Shown here one piece after another: positions 12,001 to 24,000 of a DNA stretch of 64,000 bases. A program made the translations under genes and the position numbers. Numbering within the stretch: position 1 is the first letter of the stretch; every line of letters starts with the position of its first letter. The notes beneath the pieces were generated by a model. The model was not told the DNA's origin and did no database searches. It saw only the letters and a list, made by a program, of their open reading frames with translations. Source of the DNA: Phoronis australis (lineage: Eukaryota > Animalia > Phoronida); contig NMRA01000023.1 in the NCBI GenBank assembly GCA_002633005.1, positions 1,557,097-1,621,096 of the forward strand, in the 5' to 3' direction.

Positions 12001-15000
12001 TTGATCAGTGCTCAGAGGCATGGAATATGGATGACTAGCTTTGAGTTGATGGTAACTGCTACACAACTTGAAAACGATTAAGCATGCACTCTGCTCTACT
12101 CAATTCACAACCCTGATATTGTTCTGTCAATGTTTAAGACAAAACTACCACCATTTTTTCATCGAGAACTACCTTTACCTTGAGATATTGCTAAAGGAGG
12201 ACAATACTTCTTCCCAGTGCCATCTGTTGGAAGAACCATGGGCATAGTTGGTTCATAGCCTGTAAACGAAAGAATGAACACACAGGCAATATAAGAGAGG
12301 TTGTTTGTATTAATGTTAATAAAATTAAACATTGCTGTTGACTTATCACAATCCATATTATAAGAACATATATTTGCATCACCAATGTAAAAATAGCATC
12401 CACTCTTTTCAACACAATCCCTGATCTTGATTCATCGACCCAGAGTAAGTAGACTCAGCTAGGTCAACCAAATAAGACATTTGATTGGTTTGTGAGCCAG
12501 GGGTCAACATCAGGAACCAATCAGATGTTCATGAGAGTTGACTTGGCTGAGCTAACTCAGAAGCAGCCCTAAAATTAAAGAAACAGATCCCAATATTTAC
12601 ACCCGAACAAAGAATATAGTGACCATCGAAAATATGCGACTTTGCTTGGAACAAATTAAAAAGTGAGATAATCAATTACCTGTATATAGAGAATAGTAGG
12701 TAAGTGAAATACAAAGTTGTTTGCAGTCGAAGTCTTTGTAAAATCAATGTTTGGAGCAAAAAATACACTTTGTGCAAAAATGGTGCTTATATGATCATAA
12801 ACAACATAATCACATTTTAAGGCAAAAATCTGAATCTTCAGCCATTGAAGATTCAGAAAATGTAAACTTTCACAGATTGAAGTTGGACAGCTTAATATTA
12901 AGTTATTTTGATGAAATGTGAAAGAATTTCACAACGGTTGACAGTTACCTTTAAATAAATTATGATGTAAATATGTACAACAGTCATAACCAATTAATAA
13001 ATGATACAGAAATACGATGTGAAAAACCACAACAACGAATTGCTTGACAAAAATGAAAACAATCTACCTAACACGTTAATAAAAGAAAGAGGCTAAATAT
13101 GACCCACTACCCCTCAACCAATAATTGAAATTTTTGATAAGAGCAGTGTGACGGATATTACAGTCACCCAGTGAGAACTTGTGTTCAGCAGTTCTCCACA
13201 TTCTAGTATCACAAGTTGATATAGTCCATCCACACACATGCATACGTACTTATAGGGGACTAATTATTGTGATTGTCTAGAGTAATGAGAGCGAGAAAGC
13301 AACTCCCACTTGATTCCGACTCAGATTTGGTGGACAGAAATTCACTGCTACATATAGTGGTTCATAAACAGAGGAATAAATCCCACTGTCAGCCCCTCCA
13401 ATTGCTCTTTGACATTGGCCGAGGTAGAAATCATTCTACAGCTTCATCAGTCGCAGCCACCCTTAATGCAGCTGCGGATTCTTCATCGCAGTGGTAAATG
13501 TATGGAACCCGAAGTCCTTCATCTATGAACATTTTAACAAGTTTGCCTTTTCCGTAAGCCATTAGTACACCCCATCGCACACTAGTCAAAATTTGTCGGC
13601 ATTCAATTGTTATAGCAGGATAAGTGTTAAAACAAATATACCACTAGGTTGAAACTTCACTTTAACATTACATGGGATCTGTAGGTGGCGCTGAAGTCTC
13701 TCTACCAAAGACATGATCGCTGTCTGGAGGTGTTAGTGAATTTAAATATGACGTAGCTATTTCGAAAGTTGGCTAATAAGAAAGAAATGTTACTGCGGCC
13801 ATGTCAATTTTGCCCCTCTTATGATTTGTTGCAGATTACTAAGAATTTGTTTTACATTCTTGGTATGCCTTCATCCTGTGTTTTAGCAGGGTAATTGTTG
13901 GTAAAAGCTTCTTTTATTGTTGTTAGGAATGAAAAACTCAATTTTGGGATTGTTATGTATTAGACTTCGGAAGCGAGCATCTGCCGGAGCAATAAAACAA
14001 GAAAATCTTTCTGTTCATGTGACTTTAATACACGTTGTCCTCATAATTGCCTTCCAGAAATTTGCTGAAATCAAGGTGGGTAACTTCACCAGTTAAATAA
14101 ATTATGCTCAGAACACTCTGGCATGTATTGAGTGGGACTTAGCTCTGACGGAAGTGTGTTTGAATGCCATGTCAAAATTCAGGTTCATTGCAGCTGATCT
14201 CAGACAAATATATTTTACTCGCCGATGTCACTTTCCTGTTACTTTTTAGTGTTAAAAGTATAAAATATTTACAGTGTCAACTTCCATGCTGAGTTATAAA
14301 ATCATTTATTATTATATCTTAAAGTTTGATGCAATTTCTCAACCTTCCTTCCAACTGCAGCTTATTGTATCATGATGCACATGAACGAGATTACTTATTG
14401 TACATGCGTGTATTTAGGCACATATGATGCACTTGAACAAGATTACTTATCGTATATTTGAATATTTAAGCATATATGATGCACAAGAACAATATTACAT
14501 GCTTACACAAAAAACACCCGTCTGTATAACCCTGTGTGTAATTAACACTTGAGCGGTTCACAGGGCTACACGCATAAAGTAAATGACTAAAATTACAGCA
14601 TTTCCTGAAATGGAGAATCAGTTTTCACGACACATATTCCAACCTTAATGCAGTCTTACACTTTGGTTAGTGAGGAAACAGCATAAAATGATGAACTGAG
14701 ACAAATTGAGGTCCACACAAACACACCCACGTCCACCCACACACACAAACACACACACACGCATAATGTAGCAAGTAAGCATGCGGTGCCAGTGAAAACT
14801 GTGACCCAATTGTATGACGTTACCAATTAACTTCAGCCATTAGCATGCAAAGACCAGGCCACATAAAACAGTTCTCGACTACTTACGATGTTACTTAAGA
14901 CAAAAACCGCAGAAAGACGAAATAATTGAAGGGCAATCAAGACTTGATTATTACAAATACTAGACATCTGACCACATCTGAAGTATGACAAAGTCAACCT

Positions 15001-18000
15001 TCTCCAGAGTTTTCGAAACTAAGAAAGGTGTAAAGTACTGTCCCATAATCCTTTGCAGTACCAGGGGCAAAACCATAGGAGCAACAGAGGTACAATAATG
15101 GTAAAAACTGGGAGGTAGCAGAGTTCGACTACGTCATATATGTCAGTGCACACCAAGTAATCTTTATCTTTCACAGGACTGTTTTCAGTGAAGCAATCAA
15201 AATGTTAGAATCCAATATAATTATGTACAGTATTAATAACCTTACATTAAAGTTTTAGCGATCACACATTCTGTATCTTATTCATTTGGCCCTAATGTGT
15301 ATATTGTATTATTAGTTTGTGCCGTTTATGGTGTAACATTATACTTTATTGTTTGTCCGATGTACATTATTATCTATGCCAGGTGGAAGAATAGTTTTCA
15401 ATTTGTTTTAACCAGCTATGTAAACAAGTTATGTATGCACCATAAAGAGTTTGATCATCACCAACATATTAAATATTCTTAACAAAGTTTTGTAGAACAG
15501 TGCATAACGAATAGTATGTGAAAGTTTCATCAAAATAAGACATGATGTTCCAAAGTTATCAATGTTTGGGCACTTAACATTAGCAACAGCATGGTGAATC
15601 CCTTAACCTCTTAACAAGCAAAACTTGAGCTTGACAAGGACAGGTTTGCCTTATAAAAAAAGGATGACGGTTAAACTTACATATTTCAGCAAACATTTCA
15701 TTGAATCGTGATAAATATACGGCAAAATACCAGAACATCGGAAAGTCAATTCGGTGAGTAAATTTGCATTGAGACTTTCTCCAGACATGCCTGCTCACTT
15801 AAAGTTAAAACTAACTATACCATGATTGCTCCCACTCTCTGTCCCATGCTGAAACTTGTCTGTGTTTACTGACTTACAGTCCAACAAATATAAGTGCTTA
15901 AATTAAATTCTCTTCTTTTCCCACCAAATTGGGATTTAAATGGGTATTGTGACAAACATCTGATAAAGCAAGGTAAGAATGAGCTACAACTCCTGGTCTA
16001 ATAGGCTTGAACACACAGTCCTGTTCTAGCTGTAGGGTACACTATAGTGTCGACAACAACCAGACACTCAACGAATACATAATATTTTATTCATTCTCCC
16101 AGTGGTTTTACAATAACCAGAACAAACCACAGATCCCATGTTTACTGCAGCCAGTCTCTTCAATCAATAAAAAAATTGTCTCACAATCAAAAAATGTTAA
16201 GTACTTAAGAAGTACTTCTTCGAATGTTAAAGAGTTGCTTGCTTTGGTGTAATGACTTCTTTTCAGGCATATTTGTACTTTCAAAACAACATCATCATGA
16301 ATTCAAGAAAATAACTACGATTTTAAAACTTGACATGTTTCGGTGTCATTTATTATAACATCATCATGCTATTCTGCTTTGCCATAAATGAATACAGTTG
16401 CAATGTAACACTCAAACTTCTCATGACGACTACACCGCTTTGGCCGATGAAACTAAGCCACCATGACACGCTAACTTTATCAAGTTGGTCAGCAGCATTA
16501 ACAAACTGTCAGTCCTCCTCAACCTTGCAAATCATTTCTAATCCAATAAGGAACGAGGCGAGATCGAGATCGTTTTTAGAATAGTAAGTGGCCTAACATA
16601 TACTGTTACGTTTTGTGACAGAATGTGTGGGTTTATTTCCTCTATCATAATTTTACAAGGAATGTCAATCACTGTCAAACTGATGTCATACCATATCATC
16701 ATTCCATATCACTGATAATAAATTACGTTAAACAATTATGCATGTAGAAATTATTTTAGTACCACAGCTGTAAAGCATTACATAGGCAGCTCATGGGGGA
16801 GACAGCGGGAGAGACAACTCCATGTTACTTAGCTGAAGTCCCACTGAGTCGCTAAAAACATTTTTTGTGAATATGTAACCGTTCAAGAAAGAAAAGGTGC
16901 GTAAAAGATCTAGCACAAGTCACTAAGAACAAAAACAGTCAAATATCATGCATCTAAGTGAAAAACCAACACAGACCACATTAGACATGAATCTGCAAAC
17001 CACTGACACCAATGTGCCTTTGATGAATACCTATAGAGGGGGTTAGTGTTGTTGAAAGCGTGGGGGTAGTTTTTTCAGTGTTAACGGTGGTGCTCGGTGT
17101 TGAAATGACACCTACAACAGATGAAGCTGGTGTGAACATGTGGCACAACAATGACAATATTAGACAGGTCAGATTCTTCTCCAAAATACATAGGCATAAG
17201 CAGACGATTGCTCGTAGTACGTAGTATAAAGTTGTCACTTTCTTTCAGTGACTAAGTTTGCCATCGGCACACAAATATGTAGCATGCAATACTTCTTGAC
17301 AAACATTAACGAGATTAGAATCATCCTAGCATTAATAGGCAATCCTTAATGACAAACAGCAAATCAATGCTCCAGTAAAGATAGCATGCAAACGGGAACA
17401 GTGTTAAACAGTGGCACGTGTACACTTTTGCATTGCAAAAGTGTACACTACAAGGGGGTGTTCATTGATTTCGAGAATGAAATCAAATGACCAAACTAGC
17501 CACCAGGAGGGGCAAAAGTTGTGCTACAGCGTATTTGTAAACCAACTACAAATCTTATGACTCTGCTGAACGACTATAAATTGAAAGTGCCAGTAGAGTT
17601 CATATATAGACCAATGGGAATGTGTGCGCCTACTTTCTTGTCCTTAATAAAAGGCATTGGTTACCTATTACAAAAGATTACAAAATGTTGTCCGGGAGAT
17701 AAAGGCAATATCTTGACTACAGGCACAGCACTTGTTCCATACAACCAATATTGACGGCTATCATTCTGTTCAATACAACCAATATTGACGGCTATCATTC
17801 TGTTCAATACAACCAATATTGACGGCTATCATTCTGTTCAATACAACACAATAATGCGTAGTATCGTGGAACTTTTTCGCACGGTTTGGCAGATGAAGTT
17901 TCCGATACAAAAAATGGAATTGCCAGATCTATTTGATGACTGGCAGGTGCCATTACTCTGCACGATACAAATACATGTGTCAGGTATCATCAAGCTCTTA

Positions 18001-21000
18001 CATTGTGTTTAATTTGAAGTTATTGAATCTGCCAGGATTTTGCAGATACCAAATGACCGGACAAAGATGACAGAATGCCACTGCATAAAATAATTCAGTA
18101 TACGGGTGCATAGAAATGCATCTCAACGGAGTTATTTGAAAACATCCAAAAGCTTACACTGAATTATCTAAAACAGTTCTGTTCAGTAATAGACAACAAT
18201 TTGATACCATAAGTATGTTTACAATACCATCACCAGAGGGCATAAAGATAGGTCATCTTAACATTACGACAGATCTGCCTGAGCAAACGTGGAAACTGGT
18301 CACTCTGGCCAAACACTTGTCTCCAATGTGACACCATCCATGAGTCTCTTACTCAGATTCTATAACACTTAGACAACCAAAGTCAACTGTTTTCTAGATG
18401 CTTCTGAAACTAACTACATTTGACAGTGCCTGGTTTCATGAAACAATGTGGACTCGACCAAGTTCACTAAATCTATAGCATATTTGTGCTCTTGTGAAAA
18501 CATTGATTGTCATTTCTTATGCTGTTTGAGTCTCATTACTAAGTCAATTTTTGGCTTTGATACAAATCGAGAGTGAACTCTACATTGAATTCTCAATATT
18601 ATTGAAAATAGGTAGGGACCTTTTCATGCAACGCTCCAAAGTTAAGTCCCTAATTATTATGACTCAATTAAAGGCTCAGTTTTCAGTTATATTATGAGAA
18701 AATGTCATTAGTTAAAGAGGAACTCACATTAAATATAACATGATAGAAAAATATAACATCTGTTTATACAGAGCAACACAGATATGCAAAAAAATAGTAA
18801 GCTTAGTTGAGTCCCTATTTGGGAGTATTTCATGCAACTAGGCACTGGTTCCAGAGTTGCATGCCTGTTACTTAAACACTTGATCCAAAGCAGGTCTTGG
18901 CATCAACTCAGCAAATGCAACCTGGCATAATTACAAGGTTGTCAAATGGGATCTATTTAAGTTGTCAAACCCTGATAGCAAGAGAAATACCTGAAGTGAA
19001 AAGCTGACAAATTTAGGAATTAATGTCCACCGGGGTACCAGAGATCGCAAGGACAGCATTTTTGGGCTTGAACAAAAAAATAAGAACATCCTTTGAGCTC
19101 AACGATGACTAATTTCCCCCTTCTCGGGGCCCAACAAACTGCAATAAAGCTCGTCTATAACAATTTAAAGCAGACAAATACAATCAGGTTTTTCTGATTT
19201 TTGCTAAACAGATCTGATTTCCCCTTTGTTTACTTTCTATTTACTTCTTGTAGTAATTTGAGTGCATGCTCTGATGTGACGTGGAGACATCGTGGCAACC
19301 TGGAACTTTTACCAGATCGCCAAACGAAGTCTGCATGTCGTTAAATCGAACCCTGCAATGTATTGAAAAAAAGATCTCGAAAACATGACCATTGAGCAAA
19401 CCTTAAGACTTGTTAACTATTTCATTAATCTAGTAAAAAATATGTGCATTGAAAGAAATTGACAAGGACCAGATGGCTAATGTCAACCACTAAAGCTCGT
19501 GATGAAATGGTTACAACGGTCACACGTAGGCAAAAACTACAGCAGGCAACACATTCATGATTTACTTACTAGTGAATCCTGGGATATAGTGAAAGATTTC
19601 ATGATGACACAATCAAAAGCTGACTCGTATCAACGAAAATATCTAAGTAAAAACATCTCATTTTATCAACGACTCAGAAATAACGATTATGACGGCTTTG
19701 CAGATACCAAATTCATCATCAGAATAGTTTAGACTTATGACTGAAAATAAATTAACAGGAATATTAGTATGGTGGCTGAGCCATCCTGCAATTACAGTTT
19801 TGCCGCCCTTTTAGTGACTTCTGGTAATTTTCGCTGTTAACAGAATAAGCTAGTACTGTAGTTGTATTGTCCGATTACTTTTGTCTGGTACTGTAGTTGT
19901 ATTGTCTGATTACTTTTGTCTTGTGCTGTAGTTGTATTGTCTGATTACTTTTGTCTGGTACTGTAGTTGTATTGTCTGATTACTTTTGTCTGGTACTGTA
20001 GTTGTATTGTCTGATTGCTTGTGTCTTGTGCTGTAGTTGTATTGTCTGATTACTTTTGTCTGGTACTGTAGTTGTATAGTCTGATTACTTTTGTCTGGTA
20101 CTGTAGTTGTATTGTCTGATTGCTTGTGTCTTGTGCTGAAGTTGTATTGTCTGATTACTTTTGTCTAGTACTGTAGTTGTATTGTCTGATTACTTGTGTC
20201 TTGTGCTGTAGTTGTATTGTCTAATTACTTTTGTCTGGTACTGTAGCTGTATTGTCTGATTGCTTGTGTCTTGTGCTGTAGTTGTATTGTCTGATTACTT
20301 TTGTCTAGTACTGTAGCTGTGTTGTCTGATAAGTTTTTTCTGGTGCTGTAGCTGTATTGTCTGATTACTTTTGTCTGCTACTGTAGCTGTATTGTCTGAT
20401 TACTTTTGTCTGGTACTGTAGCTGTATTGTCTGATAACTTTTGTCTGGCGCTGTAACTGTATTGTCTGATTACTTGTGTCTGGTGCTGTAGCTGTATTGT
20501 CTGATTACTTTTGTCTGGTACTGTAGCTGTATTGTCTGATAACTTTTGTCTGGCGCTGTAGCTGTATTGTCTGATTACTTGTGTCTGGTACTGTAGCTGT
20601 ATTGTCTGACTACTTTTGTCTGCTACTGTAGTTGTATTGTCTGTCTTTATTACTTTTGTCTGGTGTATAGCTGCATTGTCTGGTTTCTTTTATCTGGTGC
20701 TGTAGCCGTATTATCGGTTTACTTTTGTCTGGTGCTGTAGCTGTATTGTCTTACTTTTGTCTGATACTGTAGCTGTATTGCTGTTTGATTACTTTTGTCT
20801 TGTAGTGTAGCAAGCAGACTTCGTTTGGATACAAAAAAAATTGTTTGGGAAAGCCACACGAGGCATTACCAAAAACGTGAGGCGATCATATTCAACGGTG
20901 AATGCATTAAATATACTTGTAAAATAAGATAACATAAGAAGACTTAATGATGCATGATGGACTGTTAGTTATGATAGCAAATATTCAGTACAGCGTTCCT

Positions 21001-24000
21001 TTAATGTTCCATCTTGATCAATATTCATTGAAGGTAAATAATACGGTTTCCCTTCAAAAATTACCACATTGATTGCAGCAGACAAATACCAACAGACGCT
21101 ACAAGAAACCATCTTAAACTCTTCACACCATAGTCATAAATGTTTGAATTCAGTTACCAACAATTTGGTAATTCTTCTTCAATTTGGATACTTTTAATGA
21201 CAAGAAATAAATACATAAATTAAAAAATTAAAAATTCTTCAATTATTTCCCAAAATAAGTGCTTGTTTACTAAGATTTTGTGTTATAAAAGAAATATACA
21301 CAGTTCAAAACCTCTAAAGGTGCAAAAATTCAAAACCTCTAAAGGTGCAAAAATCCATTGTAGGAACATTTGAATAGCTAAAATCGTGCATTTAGAGGTT
21401 GCCCAAAATGACAAAGTATTGAGAAAATCATTGCTTCCTAACAAAAAAATCTCAAAATAAATCATTGAAGATGACGGATATAGAATGTATATTTAGAAAT
21501 TGTCTTCAAAGTAATTGACTGTATGTTTTTTCTAAATGAAGAATGAAATAATTCATTCAGAGTATTGAAAGTGAACTTGGTGCAAATGAAGGCGGACCAC
21601 AAGTTACTTCACCCTTAACATCCTCTTACATATTGACGACTCACTACTCACCTTTTGTTTTGGCCTTGACCTTTTCGCTCTTCAGACCATCTCCTTTTGA
21701 GTTGCGAGATAGCACAAAGAACCAGTAAAAGGTATTCGCTTCCAGTGAATAAATGGAATAATCAGTAGCACCATCGGGGATTACTTTCAGCGAGGTCCAG
21801 TTTGGGTTTCCATCCTTAATGAACCTGTCCAGGTCAAGAAAAGTTCAAATTAGTAGGTCAAATAATTAGTAAATGAAACTTAAAAACTAAAAAACTTCAA
21901 GTTCTTAATACCATTACTTCAAATCCTAGTTGGAGTAAATTGATATCAATTTTTAATACCGGAAAGTGTAAATATTAATTTGAAAGTTGAGGCCTTTGAT
22001 GTTAAGTTCTAGGTTCTTTTCTTTGAAAACGACGATCCATCTTTTTCAAATTCCCAATAAAAACAGGTAAAAAGCATAGTGTATTTAAAAGTCATCCCAT
22101 TAACTTTCTCTGAGAATAAAATAAGTGCCGTCAGCAAGCTTGATGATGGCCAATAAACAGTTCTAATCACTAAATAAGAGCTAAGCAGAATGTTGAAATG
22201 TGACTGCACCGCTAACGCTACTGGTATGTTTCTTGGGGGTATTTATTAGGATCTTAAAATGGCCATTAAGTGGCAACGAATATGTTGAACTTATGTAAAA
22301 ATGGGAAGGCTTCGTCAACTCTTTAATAGACACCTATTTCCCTAATATCATGAAAATCCATTATTACACTCTGAATATTAAAGTAGCAAAACGCAAAACA
22401 AAAATAATTTAACTTAAAAATAGTCACACGGAAGCAGAACGGTAGTTGGATTTGTCTGAACGAAATGTCATCTGAAGCCACATTCATAGAAATATGCTTG
22501 CCAAATTTCACACAAAGATCCAGCAAGGATTTGGGAGATAGTGTTATGGACACAGAAAACAATTGCCACTAGGGGGTGTCACAGTAATTCGACCCAAAAG
22601 TTGGTCGTGCTGTTGTCACCAGAAATGAATCTGCCCACAGGCTGATACCAAAAGATTTGAACATAAAAAAGGTGGCATAGAACAGGTTGAATCCATTAGA
22701 AAATGGGAATGCAATACGCCTCTTGCCACTTCAATAGAAACCTATTTGCAAAATTTCATGTAAATCCACGAAGGAACTTTGAACATAAAGAGGTAAACCT
22801 CAAAAATAAACTTGCCACTAGGGGGAAAAGAAGTAGTCAGAACTGTCCAAAAGTTGTTGTCATCCATAACAATATTGTAGCATCCATAGAAAAACACTTC
22901 CAAGCCAAAGTTAAGAAAGATCCTGTCAAGGGGTTAATGAGATCAGCCACAAAGGCAAACAAATGCCACCAGGGGGCACCACAGTAGATGATCATGTCCG
23001 AAAATCAACACGATCTTGGCAGGAGCACAATTGCCAAATTTCATAATGACCTTTCAAGTGGTTTGACTGATAAGTGAGGCCTGTGTCAAAACCTTGTAAA
23101 TAATAAAAATTAGAACGGAATATGTCAAACCTGTCCAAAAATGGGAAGGTATTGTCGTTTCTTAATAGAAACATATATGCCAAAATTCAGGAAAATTCAT
23201 CAAGGAAATCAGAGGAAACAGAGGCAAATGTAAAACGGACTCTAGGGGGCGCAGTGGCAGAAAATCTGCCACATAAATATCGTCGTCATCCCTTATCGGC
23301 TCCAGGATCATATCTGCTAACTTTCACGAAGTTTCTCCGAGAGGTTTTGGAGATACAGCAGTAAATGCCGGAGGACCATCAAAATATACCCAAACATATA
23401 TTTGTGGCAGCATAAAAGTCCTTAATTAGTTGGGTGCAACCACTTTAACATTACTATGAAAGTCCTTAAAGAGCTGAGTTGCTCTGTCAGGCTGTTTTTT
23501 ACAGCCTACTTTGTTATGAATGTCCAATGCCTCAGACAAATTAAATGATGCATAAACACAACACTTGTCCACTGACTTTCTGCTTCAAAGTTTAAGGTTA
23601 TGAAGAACCCTAGAAAAAGTCTGAATTTGGCTCACTTCCAAACATCAAATTTCAGAAATGGCTGATTGGATTCATTATATGATACAAAACTTTCACACTG
23701 TTCTTTGAAACATTGTTAGGAAATTTCTCACTTTTGCGTAAGTAGTTGTCTATAAAAATAGGACTTTTTATAATTTTCATGGATAAAAACTCAAAAGATG
23801 TATAAAACGAATACAAAATGACATTTTAAAAAATAGTAATAGCAATTTTTAGATTTCATATTGAACATTTAAAACAAATGAGACTTGGTTATGTTATTGA
23901 TACCACTGTTTTGTTATCAAGGTAAATTCTTTTTGGTAAATTTTACTAACACATTCACCTGACCCAAATTACTGGCAGATTGGTAAGTGAAAAATCAAAT

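Noticed and set aside
13431-13562. Minus-strand 43-aa ORF MAYGKGKLVKMFIDEGLRVPYIYHCDEESAAALRVAATDEAVE as an alternative terminal exon
   Set aside because: Frame is phase-compatible, but the acceptor (ggaaaag) has no polypyrimidine tract and I recognise no homology.
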